64,000 nt of DNA from NCBI RefSeq assembly GCF_964355755.1, contig NC_092673.1, forward strand, positions 15,224,948-15,288,947, read 5' to 3'. The stretch is from Antedon mediterranea (Eukaryota; Animalia; Echinodermata). The notes beneath the pieces were generated by a model that was not told the DNA's origin, did no database searches, and saw only the letters and a list, made by a program, of their open reading frames with translations. The position numbers and the translations under genes were made by a program. Position 1 is the first letter of the stretch. Each line of letters opens with the position of its first letter. Of this stretch, positions 1-13,600 are shown piece after piece.

Positions 1-1496
1 TGGTATATAAAGTTGGTTCGTACTTTCGGTACTGATTTTAACCACCTGATGTAACCCTGTTTACTAATTAAATTAAGTTAGATAATTAGTTATTGACGAT
101 TAAAACGAATTTAGGTTCAACGATTTGCCCCAAATAGGGGTGTTTTCCGATCGTGGTATACACTGTCTAATGGATGTCCATCTTGAAAAATACCCGCCAC
201 AAAAATGCGAGGAGGCTTCGCATTTTCCTATCTCCTCCTACGATAATTGTTTTTAATAGCTGAAAACCGGTTGAACAGTTCGAGTACAGCATCATAATGT
301 TGAAGACAGGCCGATTTTTTTAAAAAAATACTATTTTGATACATTTAATATACGTTTTTACAAATGTATTGATTTTTGATGAATGGAACATTCCAAATTA
401 TTTGGTTTAACCATACAGGTATAGATTTAGATTTATGGGCCCCCTTGGAGAATAAACATAAATAGTATTGCAATGCTGTACAATACTGTTAAGGTATTAA
501 CCACTTTTGATCGCAATTTGAATCGCAAATTTCTTACTGTGAGTGTTGGTACTGTTAGATGTAATATAAAAATATATACAAATAAACTTTATTACTGTGA
601 GTATGGGTAGGCCCTACTGTTAGATTATAAACATATAATATACAAATAAACATTCCAAATTATTTGGTTTAACCATAGAGGTATAGATTTAGATTTAGAT
701 TTATGGGCCCCCTTGGAGAATAAACATAAATAGTATTCCAATGCTGTACAATACTGTTAAGGTATTAACCACTTTTGATCGCAATTTGAATCGCAAATTT
801 CTTACTGTGAGTGTTGGTACTGTTAGATGTAATATAAAAATATATACAAATAAACTTTATTACTGTGAGTGTGGGTAGGCCCTACTGTTAGATTATAAAC
901 ATATAATATACAAATAAATAAACGTTATTACTGACAGTTGCTTCTCAACGTTTGTATTAATTAATAATTTAAAAATATATAAACGTCGTAGTGGTGTATC
1001 GTTACATGTACTTTACTATTTCAATCGACTATGACAGTGAGAGTTTTAACAAAGTACCGTATTAAATCGTAAATGGTTTACTGTATTTAGTGGTATATTA
1101 TTTATAGGCCTATAAAACATTAAAAACAATATTTCGTTACTGAGTGGATAAGAATATATTTTAAAATGTTTCCTCTTTGTACCTATCTTCTCCCCCCATC
1201 CCTCAACCCTTAATGTTACATACAAAACACAAATTGGGTTTGTTTAAATGAGTCCAAATAAAAAAATTTGACTCATTTTGTTTCTCTCTCGGAAGTAATT
1301 CCCAGGGTGCTAATTTTGGTTGACTACATAAATCATCGTGTCTATTTATTCGTTTCTGTAAACGACAATGTATTATAGTCCTGCAGTACGTACATTTGAA
1401 ATCTCCATTTTTTTCTCGCTGGAAATACTGTGTATTCGAGAACCATCTGTGGGCACGACCTAGATGGTACGCGAGCGAAGCGAGCGTGCCATCTAG
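1..1496 (+). mobile_element. Non-autonomous Helitron, copy 1 (5' end outside window)
   Basis: Ends in a hairpin CTAGATGGTACGC...GCGTGCCATCTAG (1460-1496) with terminal CTAG|T. Near-identical to 22633-24213 in reverse orientation. Has an internal ~260-bp tandem duplication (~387-648, ~649-915). Confidence 0.85.
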
Positions 1497-3381
1497 TAAT
1501 AATAAGTACCCATGATTCATATAACCAACTGGTAGGCCTACGTAAATGTATACGGCATTGGTTTTCGTTTCGTGGTTCAAATCAGTACAGAAAGCATGGA
1601 CCTACGTTCTAAACCATTGATTAAAAACTACACACGATAAACACGATTGACTGAATTTGCACTGGCTTTAATAATACATACATAGATATGTATTCAATGG
1701 GATTAATGTAGTAATGTAGCCCATGTGCTGTATATTTTATATTGTTTTGTTTATGTTGTATACCCGGGGTTTTATATTCTTAACTAAATACACAATAAAG
1801 AAAACCGGTAGCGGTACTATATATAACAACCGTGCATTAACTATTGTAATACTTTTGTAATCATATCCAAAAATAAAGTCACTTTTATTATTGCCAGGGA
1901 TAACGTTATTATTGTTAGCATAATACATAGCCCACAACGAGTATAATGTACAATTGAAGAATTAAATACTTTAATAATAGTACAGTTTAAAAAGAATAGT
2001 TTAACATAACATCCAGGGGGTATGACATAAAAAACACATCTTCAAGTTCACGTTTACAATGTAATGTCAGTGTCGAGACAATATCGAATAGCTTGGGAAT
2101 TGTGTTAACTAAGTCATCAAAATAAAGTCGGTAGGGAGTCTAACTTTCAGGGGTTCTATTTTCGGTAAATAGCTTTCGGAAAAATCTTATCTGAAAAGTA
2201 CGCGTAATTATTACACTTAGAAATGATTTATTTATCAGGAATTTTAAGATAAATAATTTAAACGACCTAATTAATTTGCGTGAGATTGCCAGCAACAGAA
2301 ATAAGTGGCTTTTGTTATTTTGAATCGTTATTTTTACGTTATTTTATTTTTTGTTGTTGTAGGATGCATGCATATAAAAACGTATCAGATTTTGTAAATC
2401 CACAGTGCGTGGTTTTGTTACATTTTTTGGAATAAAGTTACCTATATATACGCGTAATTATTAACCCATTCTGACATGGCTTTTATGTTTATGCCAAAAA
2501 TGTTCGTACGAATAATGATATTGATTTGTATAAGTTGCCACTAAAGCTTCTAAGTCATTCCCATTATTTATAACCTACGTTTAAAACCACTTATAAAAAC
2601 AGATTTTAATCTGTACATGGTATTACGGAATCAAGGTCTAGGTTTATCTTCGTATAAACAAGATTTCAAAAAGCAATTGCAGTGTGCATATATATTACGT
2701 AGGTTACACTCTAATCTTTTATATTTCCAAATAGCAAATGTACATTTTCACACGCTTATATGTATGGCTGTTTTGATTGATTCGAGCACGTTTACAGTAA
2801 TTGCTTAATGTATAAAAATAATAACTTCAATTTTTATCAAATTATTATTTCTCTCCTACAGAAAACTATGGAGTCCAATTGATTGCCTGTGTACGTTTAC
2901 GAAGATACACAAAAAGATGCAAGTATGTCTACAATATGGACCAAAATACCATTAACCAATCAACGTGTTCCAAGAACAATAGCGACTATTTAACGTTTTA
3001 GCGAGAAGCTCGAATTGCTATCATTTACAAATTGCATTAGAGTGGATATGTGCGTAAGGTAATTTGTTTTTAATATGGGACGAATTTTGGAACAATCATA
3101 GCAAGGACAAACAGCGTCTATATCAATAATAATAATAATCAGGGTATTATGCATCAATCGTGAACACAATTCTTTATTTTAAGCGTCACCCATTGTGTTA
3201 ATAAATCTGCCTTGTCCTTCATCGTGTCAAATATAAAAAAATTAGGTGATGTGTGCACTTGGTTGGATAGAATCAAGACGTTTACAATACATGATCTACA
3301 TGTAGTTTTAACAAGATTATAGAAGAGCATTTATGTGACATAGATACATATCGTCAAGAAAATTAATAAAGAGCCATCAAT

Positions 3382-4593
3382 ATGAATGTGACAGACGTGA
3401 ATGCCATAATTGTTGGTTCGACACCATTACCAGTCCCATCGGGATCACTACAAAATATAATAATCGGAGTAATGTGCGTGATTGCCATTCTAACAGTTAT
3501 CTTCGGTAACTTTTTAGTCGTAGCCTCCGTCGTACTGTTTCGTAGATTACGAAGCCCATCTAATTTGTTATTGGTGAACTTAGCGGTTGCTGATATTGCC
3601 GTTGCCGTATTTGTGATGACATTTTCAACCGTGCGGATTCTCTACAACAACGAATGGATATTTGGAAACTTTGTTTGTCTGATGTGGATGTCGTTTGATG
3701 TGTTGTGTTGTACTGCTTCCATTTTAAATCTATGTATGATTTCGATGGACAAATACCTTGCGATTACGCGACCTTTAAAATACGTGCGAATTTTAACAAA
3801 ACGTCGCGTAGCCGCAATGATAGCGATTGTATGGATTTTATCAGCACTCGTATCGTTTGTACCGATTTTTAGCGGTATGTACGCCTCTGGAAACTCGCAC
3901 GTAAACGATTCACTCGAATGCAGTGTCAATTTTGCCGTTTCTCCTACATATGCAATCATTTCATCAATGACGTCATTTTACGTACCTTTAGCCATTATGG
4001 TTTTTACATACTGTAAAATATACAGAATTGCGCGAGATCAAGCGAATCGAATTTTAATAGAAAGAGCTTCTTTTGAAAAGTTTGCTAACGGATCGCACAC
4101 TAAAAGGACTTTCTTTCAAGAATACAAAGCCGTTCGAACTTTAGGTGTTGTCATGGGTGGTTTTATATTTTGTTGGCTTCCGTTTTTCCTAATGTATATA
4201 ATAATTAATGTGTGTGGCTGGCAACACAAAGTTCCAAAAGAAGTTGATTGTGCAGTCACGTGGCTAGGTTATATAAATAGCATGATGAATCCGTTTATTT
4301 ATAATTTCCGACATCAAGAATTCAAAATGGCATTTAGAAAAATCGTCATCTGCGCACGATGTCGCAAAGTCAACAGGCGCTTGTACACTTCAACTATGCG
4401 TAATAACTCGTTCGATCCTTACAAACAATCCAATATAGGAGGGGATGGAATTGAAGACGAAAAAGTGAACGATTCCGATCGCAACAGCAATATCAAGTCA
4501 ATGAAACTCGCACCCCTTATTGAACAGTTCAATAACAAACCTATTAACGATTTTGATAGTGAATCTATTGAATCCGAAACTGTATTCTATTAA
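3382..4593 (+). CDS. Aminergic class A GPCR (dopamine D1-like / beta-adrenergic or octopamine-beta-like), 403 aa, single coding exon
   Basis: Seven hydrophobic helices; GN in TM1, LAVAD in TM2, amine-binding D3.32 in SFDVLCCTASILNLC, DKY at the DRY position, TM5 YAIISSMTSFYVP (catecholamine-type serines), CWLPFF, NPFIY. Candidate upstream acceptors at ~2362 and ~2861 suggest 5' UTR exons. Confidence 0.92.
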   Translation: MNVTDVNAIIVGSTPLPVPSGSLQNIIIGVMCVIAILTVIFGNFLVVASVVLFRRLRSPSNLLLVNLAVADIAVAVFVMTFSTVRILYNNEWIFGNFVCLMWMSFDVLCCTASILNLCMISMDKYLAITRPLKYVRILTKRRVAAMIAIVWILSALVSFVPIFSGMYASGNSHVNDSLECSVNFAVSPTYAIISSMTSFYVPLAIMVFTYCKIYRIARDQANRILIERASFEKFANGSHTKRTFFQEYKAVRTLGVVMGGFIFCWLPFFLMYIIINVCGWQHKVPKEVDCAVTWLGYINSMMNPFIYNFRHQEFKMAFRKIVICARCRKVNRRLYTSTMRNNSFDPYKQSNIGGDGIEDEKVNDSDRNSNIKSMKLAPLIEQFNNKPINDFDSESIESETVFY

Positions 4594-4910
4594 GGCTCTC
4601 TCTTAATTGCTCTATGAAAGCAATTTATTGTTTGTGAGAAAATTTTACAAACCAGATAATGATTGGTGATGATAACATTATCTACAAAACAAGCAAAAAC
4701 TAATCGAAACTTAACTTATCATTTTTATATAAAGCATTTAGTATAAAAAAGAGTGCTATTATTAAATAAAATGTACTCGGCAACAATGGCCAATTTGTTT
4801 CTTTTTTTTTTGCAGAGATTTAAAAGATATAAAAATAATATCATTGGGTATAATGTATGAGCGTTAGTTCTAACCGGCGACTACGTTTAAAAAGTATTTA
4901 TTTATTGAGT

Positions 4911-5050
4911 ATTGAGTATAAGAGCATTGGTACCGTACTAAACGACGACGACGACGTTTAGGCCTAAAGAGTATTATTTATCACGGAGTATACAGTACTC
5001 ATTGAGTATACGAGCATTGGTACCGTACTAAACGACGACGACGTTTTAGG
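4911..5050. repeat. Short tandem duplication (~50-bp core, two copies) with (ACG)n
   Basis: ATTGAGTATA.GAGCATTGGTACCGTACTAAACGACGACG occurs at ~4911 and ~5001. Confidence 0.7.
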
Positions 5051-6718
5051 AGTATGTCTATTAATCACGAAGTAGCAGGCCTACTCAAAATGTCCTAACT
5101 TAAATCATGATAGGCCTATTTATTAATTCTGGTTCCCATGTGGACGCAATGATGTACGCGAAACGCAAATGAAAGTTGAGCCTTTTCTCTCCTTTCTTTT
5201 TGTCCAGACTGATGTTTTTATGATTTTTACTATACAGTATTTCCTTATGGATGAATAAAAGAAACTTGCTCCAATCAAAGCGTCATGTCAAATTACTCGC
5301 GTTCGATCGTGTACTTCTTTAGGTTTCGATAAGGGCGCAAAATCGAGGCCAGTATAACAGTAAAATCAATTTTGATCGTTGAAGAAATCGATTGTTAAAG
5401 AGGGGTTCACACCATTCTTTGTCAAATTAACATTGAAGATTTTAGAACCTATCAGCCGACAACAATGGCGATGATTTGGATAATTAAGGACAGCCGTTTG
5501 ATCCTTGCATCAACAATTTAAATAAAACACTGGTCTTGTTTCTATGTAATTTCTTCTATTTTGTTTAAGGTATGGAATGCAATGTAACACACACTGTCCC
5601 TTCGAGACAAATGCATAGCACATCACGTGATAAACTAATACATGTTCAAGGTACCAGTGGAAATAAATTTAATTTAATTATGCATCATCGACCTCTGTCT
5701 CCAACCGAATTGTTTTGTAATTTGGCCCGTTTTGTCCTTCATTAAACACTTCACAAACGAATGTAGTGTGTACCTGGTGAGCTACGATGGACAGAGTTTG
5801 TTTTGATTCGACCAGGAGAGAAAATAGCTACCCAGTGCACTCACTCCAATAGCATATATAAATACAGGCCTACACCTACCTACAAAAAAAACCAATTATT
5901 TATTGTCCTGTATAACATAGTAGAAGTATAGATGAATAAAAAATCAATCTATTATATATATATTATAGCTTTAATAAAGTTATTCACTTTTGCAAAACAA
6001 AAACAATGATTTTGCTTATAAACACAAAATAAATTGTTAAATTTGACCAACAAAAAGCTATTTTTGACTTGACCAAAAATATTTCAAGAAAATCAGCTTA
6101 TTCAACAAACAAAAACACGTTTACATTTTTTTTTATCAGAGGAACATTATATCTTAACTGTTAAAATTGTTTTAAAGATTGTCCATTTTAACTATTTCTG
6201 TGCGCCGAACTGCTAAAGTGTTTTGGATCAAATTGATATTATTTGAACATTATGCAAATTGTGATTGTTTTCTTTCCGCTTTTTAAATCAAGTCACTTTT
6301 GATTCACAATTGAAACAACATCATATCACCTGATATCAACACTTTTTATTACAACATCCATTAAAGTCCAAATACTGCTGAAGCCTTAATGATCATGTTG
6401 TTTATCGACTCTGAGAAAGCCTATCAAATGACTGTGTTTTAAGTACGCTACTTGAGTTCATGTTCGTAGATGTTAACTTTAATATTATTCATCAAATCTT
6501 TAAGAGCTGAATGTATAAATTGTACACTACAATAATGATGTTTCTATTTCCATCTAATAGCATTAGATTGACACATCATTAAATCAACTGTATTATATGC
6601 GCATTATTTAAACATATAATGTGCATGTTTTTCATGTTAATGATGTATAAAGTACATTTTTGTACGTCAGCAATGTTTTGGAAAAACTAAAGCAGAAAAC
6701 ACAACAATTGTGCATTAA

Positions 6719-7055
6719 AGATGTATTGTCCCCCTGAAAAAATAATTCTTAAAATATTTTTTTTTTTAAATTCCATTTTAATGTAACGTAATAGTTAACC
6801 ACTTTGACCAAAAATTGAGTCTAAAAAAGTGTATTTACCTGAAAAAATTGTACTTTAATGCAAAAAATGGTCAAATTGGCTGCCAGCCAATGGATTTTTG
6901 GTTGAATTTAACCATTTATTTTGTCATTTTACAAGTGAAAACATTTTTTTTTTTTTCTACGGATGTGATTAACTTTATATTAACTACAAAATAAGGTATT
7001 CAAAGTCTGATTTAATTAATCTTCATTTTTCATGTTTTTGGGGGACAATGCATCT
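6719..7055. mobile_element. Kolobok-like MITE
   Basis: TTAA|AGATGTATTGTCCCC ... GGGGACAATGCATCT|TTAA: TIRs plus TTAA target duplication with AG..CT ends. A degenerate relative lies at 41084-41269. Confidence 0.7.
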
Positions 7056-7670
7056 TTAAACTCTTTAGTAACAAAGTTAAATCAGAAAATTTGCTCCTTA
7101 AAAGCAGATAATGGCAACCTCTATTTTCAAAATTTAACTAAGCAGGTATTGAGTTATTCTACCGATCTGATCTGATGAACAGTTTACACGTGTATGTAAA
7201 TGTACCACATCCGGCTGACCAAATACAATACAGCAGACTGCAATGTCAGGTATTCCATTCTTAAAATGTACAGTAGAATACCTAATATAATGTCATGCTC
7301 GAGTATAATTGCACCATAATAAATTTAATTATACTGTTTAATTGTACTGTATAATCCCATGGAACTATACTCGGTCACATACGGTAAGAGCTTTTGATAT
7401 ATGACAACCAAAATACGTCATGTAAATACACTATATGCGTACAAGGATATTGAGACGCGTTTCCTCATTTCCACAGTTTTGATAGTTTCTAGGTCTAGGC
7501 TACGACACATTGATGGATCTGACCTAGTTAGGTAGTAGGTCGTCGCAAATCTACATCATATGAAGACAACACAGCCATTACCGCCATAAATACAGGTGAA
7601 TATCAGACAGCTCTTTGCTGCATTTTGGATGATGGAGTTACCAGCTTCAATCCTGTGTACACTTTTAATA

Positions 7671-10600
7671 TCAGGTGGTCTTGGATGTTTGTGGTTCTTT
7701 TGGTTTTGAAGATCGGGCAAATTGCTGATTTCATTATGAAGGAAAATAACTTTATCTATATAGAGTAGAGCATAATAAAATGCATACATTGATAAAACAT
7801 GAGCACCACAATGAACACAGCAATGGAAGAATTATCATCATCACAAAGGTAAAATCAACCTTCTGGCACAAAAACAATGGTAAAATCAGCACAAATACAC
7901 ATCATTGTCACCATCAACACTCATTTACACTATACTAGGACGATAACGATAAATAGACAAATATGCATTTTTCATACATAAAACAACAGAAATATAAAAC
8001 TTCATTCTAGAATTATAGATGAAAATGATATTTTCACACGTCCAATCAAATGACGACATGATTAGTAAGAACAATAATATTGTGACACTACAACGATTTT
8101 ATTGTTTTTATTTATCATAACATCATTTGGTGATGAAATATTATTTTTATTAAAGACAGCATTAATAATAATAATAATAGTCTGTTCTTATATAGCGCAT
8201 ATAAGCAGGCTCTCAATGCGCTTTACATAAAAAATATAAGCAGGAAATGTTAAATTAATGAAAAGCTTGTTGGAAAAGGAAAGTATTGAGTTGAGTCTTA
8301 AATATCCTATAGTTCTAGAATGAGTATACATTATTGTCACCAACATAACCATGAAATCATAGTCACTGTCAGCATACATTATTGTCACCAACATAACCAT
8401 GAAATCATAGTAACTGTCACTGTAAGCATACATTATTATCACCAACATACCCATGAAATCATAGTCACTGTCACTATAAGCATACATTATTGTCACCAAC
8501 ATAACCATGAAATCATAGTCACTGTCACTATAAGTATATATTATTGTCACCAACATACCCATGAAATCATAGTCACTGATAAGTATATATTATTGTCACC
8601 AACATACCCATGAAATCATAGTCACTGTCACTATAAGTATATATTATTGTTCACCAACATAACCATATAATCAAAGTCACTGTAAGCATACATTATTGTC
8701 ACCAACATAACCATGAAATCAAAGTCACTGTTAGCATACATTATTGTCACCAACATAACCTCTAAATCATAGTCACTGTCAGCATTTATTATTGTCACCA
8801 ACATAACCATAAAATCATAGTCAGTCACCACAAGCATACACTATTGTCACCAACATAACCTCTAAATCATAGTCACTGTCAGCATTTATTATTGTCACCA
8901 ACATAACCATAAAATAATAGTCACTGTCACCACAAGCATACACTATTGTCACCAACATAACCATGAAATCATAGTCACTGTTAGCATACATTATTGTCAC
9001 TAACATAACCTTAAAATCATAGTCACTGTCACTATAAGTATACATTATTGTCACCAACAAAACCATACAATCAAAGTCACTATAAGCATATATTATTGTC
9101 ACCAACATAACCATAAAATCATAGGCACTTTCACCACATGCATACATTATTGTCACCAACATAATCTTTAAGTCATAGTCACTATCACTGTAAGCATACA
9201 TTATTGTCACCAACATAACCTCTAAATCATAGTCACTGTCAGCATTTATTATTGTCACCAACATAACCTCTAAATCATAGTCACTGTCAGCATTTATTAT
9301 TGTCACCAACATAACCATAAAATCATAGTCAGTCACCACAAGCATACACTATTGTCACCAACATAACCTCTAAATCATAGTCACTGTCAGCATTTATTAT
9401 TGTCACCAACATAACCATAAAATCATAGTCACTGTCACATAAACATTGTACTTATCTATGTAACAGATTTTATTATTGTCTATGATTGTCTTGTCACCAA
9501 CCTCACTGTCACCCCATTACCAGCATAATTATTTTATATTAACACTATATCATAAACTTATATTGTAATCTGCAATAAAGGATACAACAACAATAGGCTT
9601 TCCCAGTAGTTGGTAACCATTTGTGTCCTTAACGGCTTTCTTTGCTGCAAATTCACTGGGTAGGCTAACAAAGGCCTGACCCTTCATACGACCTTGGGTC
9701 ATCAATTGAATTGAAAACCTACCAATAAAAACAATTAACATTAATGTGATTGGAAAACTTTTATACCAGGTTCAATTTATCAAACATGCTTAGCAAAAAA
9801 AAATCATTGTTTAAGTTAATGATAAAAAATATAAATAAATGACAAATAAAAAAAGAACTGGTTTGATAACCTAAACCTCCGTCTACACTCTCAAACTAGT
9901 TTGACAAAAACAAGTTTAGTGCGCCCAAATATTGTATTACAGGGAATAATTTCGCCAGTGTAGCATAGCAAAAAGCTATACAAAACAACCTTTTTGCTAC
10001 ACATTTCTACAATTGTGTAGCAAAAAATACAAAACAAAACTATGTTTCTTGACTAAAAAATCAGTTATCATAGCAATTTTGCTAAACAAAATTTTCAAAT
10101 GAAATTTTTCCCTGTATTAATACAGTATGATATCATCGTGTCCTTATATGGGCACATAACATTTTTTGTCATGTTTGATAGTATAGACAGTGCTATAGTC
10201 TTTAGTCATTTTTTAGGAAATGTTACTTTACAATATCTAATGTTTTCTGAAAACAAATTTGGGTCAACCCAAAGGTAAATTGTTTTATGATAGAAATAAT
10301 GATGAAAACTTACATATCTTGGTCCATTTTTGAGTCCCAGTCAACATATCGTCCATATATGAACTTTAAATCTTTTTGTTCACATTGTTTGTTTAGGTTT
10401 TTGATATATAAACGTGTAGTTGGTTCTCCTGCATTGTACTTCTTAAAAACTGACATACTTTCCATTTCTAAAAACATCAACAAATCATTTATAAATAAAT
10501 CAAAAATTGTAAAAAGTTAATCATAAATGATTAAATTAATTACATTTTCTCTAGTCTAGTAAATGTCTAATTTATAAAAAAAAAGAAGTTGTATTCCAGT

Positions 10601-13600
10601 TTGCATTTGCGTTAAAAAAAAGTTGTTTTTTATTCCAGCTGAAGAATTATAAGTATGAAATGCCATGTGTGGCAAAACATTTGTCTTTTCAGGAGAATTA
10701 AGTGAATCACTGTCTAGAACTTAGACTACCTTTAATTACCATGTTATTTCATAGTAATTTACCCATTAATGTACATTACAGTTGCAATTAATGGCCAGAT
10801 ACCTACTTTCTAAATTGTCAGTCTCTTAAACCTTATATTAATTCATTAACTGTATGTACTTAAATTATTATTGCAATAATATTGTAAAACTAAGACTCCA
10901 AATCTTAAGGTTAAAATAGATTGGTTAAAATCATTTATTGATTTGATATTAGTCTGATATCTTTCAGAATATATCGAAGAATACTAAAATATAATTATAA
11001 GTAAAATTTGTTTTATTTCCATACTCTCTAACAGCAAATACATGACTCGGCAATTAATCAATGAACCTCTTTTATTCATCTCAATACACATAACAAAAAA
11101 GGAGTCAAATAAATTTAAGTAAGATAAAAGGGACATCCAGGAAACTCCAAAGGGCTTGTGATAAGAGGCCCACAAAAATAGTTACATTAAGATATTAATA
11201 AATAAATAACCCATGCTTTCTAAAACCACTTTGACAGGATTTGAATCATGGACTCTGGGAATGTCAGCCATCAAGCCACTACTTATTTATTTAATCAGTG
11301 TTTACCTTTGCTTGATATTCTGTTCTTCCTAAGTTCTCTTGAAGAGATAAATTCTTTCACTTCATTTTCATTGTCATCATCACTTGATTCATTTTCTGAA
11401 GGTAATTCTTCTGTTTCTTTTGCTGTGGCTTTCATCACTCCAAAACCCACAGATGTTGTAGATTCATCAACATTGGTTGTGACAGCTTCTATAAACAAAA
11501 ACAATATCAATAATAACACCTCCAGATCCTGTCATTTGATTGAGGGTCACATGATAAAAATGATGTTCCCTATTAATTGCTTCACATAGCACAGTGAATT
11601 CAGATTTTTACCGGATGAAGGCCTGACAGGGTGTTCCCTTAACGACTGCAAAACAACAATGCTTTGCACATGCTCAAGCTAGAGCCCGGTAAATTACTTT
11701 TAATATTAGCAAGGATGACTAAAAAGGGCAAAGGTTTACATAGTATGATTTGGAAAAAGTCATGGTAGAACCCCTATGGGGGCATCTTCTAACCAGACAA
11801 AGTGTCCCCTGAAGACGACCGCCCCCCGAATATGGTTAAAACATATATTTCATAGGAAAAGTGCTTTCTACATATAGGTGTCCCTAAATATAGGTGTCTC
11901 AAAGGATGGATGCTGCTGTAACAACAAAGTCAGATATTAATGCCAGAAAACGAGATAAATTACAAATAAGAATTATGGGGGAAAAAAGTAATCGGAATAA
12001 ACTGGAGAACAAACAAAACAAAATTTAGCATTCAAGAATAAAGATGGCCGAACTACCGCATAAGATAATGAAGGAATTTGTTAATTTTTACCTGTTTTTT
12101 TGGTATGAGCTTCTAGGATATCAGATAAGCTTTGAGGTAGTTTCATTTCTAGCTTCTTAATAGTAGTAGCTGGTAACTGTTGATCAAATACATCTTGAGG
12201 CTTGGCTGTGACAGTAGCCGTCCCTGCTGTTAAGGCCTTTACTAGGCCAGCAGATGGTACCTGTAATTTCATTTTCTTAGCTCTAGGAAATCTAGCCTGG
12301 GAACGTCTTTTAATCGATGGTTTTACTTTTTCTCTGTTAAAAGAAAATATTTTATTATTATACAGTAATTTATTTCATAAATGTTATGTAAAATACATAT
12401 TTATATAATATTGTCACTATTAGAATAAATCCAAAAGAGACAATCGAAGCATATTGATTGAAAGCCCAAAAGTTCTGTGCAGAACTACATTATGTTGTAC
12501 AGCAAACTGCTTTTATACATCTTTTTATAATTTGAAAAAATGATCAACTCTCTTACTTCTTCTGTTTATGTTCGCCATCACTCTCCAATTCAGACTCCTC
12601 TGTGGAACTTGCTATTTCCATTTCATCTGGTTCAGGAGGTTGCTCAGCTGGGGCATCAGTTGGAATGGGAGGTGTTTGAGTGACAGGTCCAAAGGGGGCT
12701 GGAAGGTTCATCTTGTTCATAAGGTGTAGCACTTGAGTGTAAAACTTGGGAACTGATACTAATGCATTGATGATATTTGCCAAGATACCTACGGTAGGCT
12801 GGGGATACTTGTAGTATAGTTTTGGGTTTATTGGAAAGTCTAGACTGTAAATAAGCCAAAATTAAAAAGATATTTCATAAACAATATATAACCCTATAAG
12901 AGTCAGCAGTGGCATAATGCAGGGGGCAAAGGCCCCTGGTTTAGCCCTCCAACGCAGTGTAGTTGCATTGGGGCTGTTCATGCTCTGGGGCCCCTTAAGC
13001 CTTGGGGCCCTGGGTTTAGCCAGTGAGCAGTCATAACAGTTACGCCACTGAGAGTCAGAGTGGTATACATGTAAAGTAATAATAATAAACCAGTCATTGT
13101 TTTTTTTATCAATATGAAAACATTTTAAAGTGTTAATGAATGTTTTTACCCTAGACCACTACTTGCACTCAGTATCTGCCCTTTCAGTTTTCTAGCTTTT
13201 TCCCTGGCAACATCTTCCACATCTTTTTCTTTACTTACATCCTCTCTGTTCTCATCATCAGGTTTTCTGTTAAAAAAACAAATTTGTTTTCTTACTATTT
13301 TATTTATTTATTCTCATATTTCTTGATACTGGGTGACCTCTTCAAAGACTGGTCTCCCAGAGTGGCTGCATGTGTCAGTGGATGTGTGTGTACTAGTACA
13401 CTGGGGTAACCCCTTACACGTCTCGAAAGACAGAGTTTTAGTATAAAAATGTTTAAAGAAAACGTCAAAGAGGTAAAAAAAAGTTGACAAGGTTAGATGC
13501 GCCGATGAACCTAGGCTAAGACTACCTCCTATTGTACTGTACATACCTTTAGCCTTCTAACATAGATAAATGATTTTGACCTAATGGAAAATCTATAAAT

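Noticed and set aside
1203-1612. ORFs of 125 aa and 60 aa (also 22557-22796 and 23824-24478)
   Set aside because: They lie within or across the non-coding Helitron copies and show no Rep/helicase motifs.
3642-3959. Antisense ORFs over real exons (also 18644-18880, 28022-28311, 46817-47095)
   Set aside because: Shadow frames of the coding strand.
8188-9345. ORFs of 68-174 aa with repeating MVMLVTIMYAYSDSDYDF or His-rich peptides
   Set aside because: They are translations of the intronic minisatellite, whose units are often multiples of 3; there is no independent evidence of coding.
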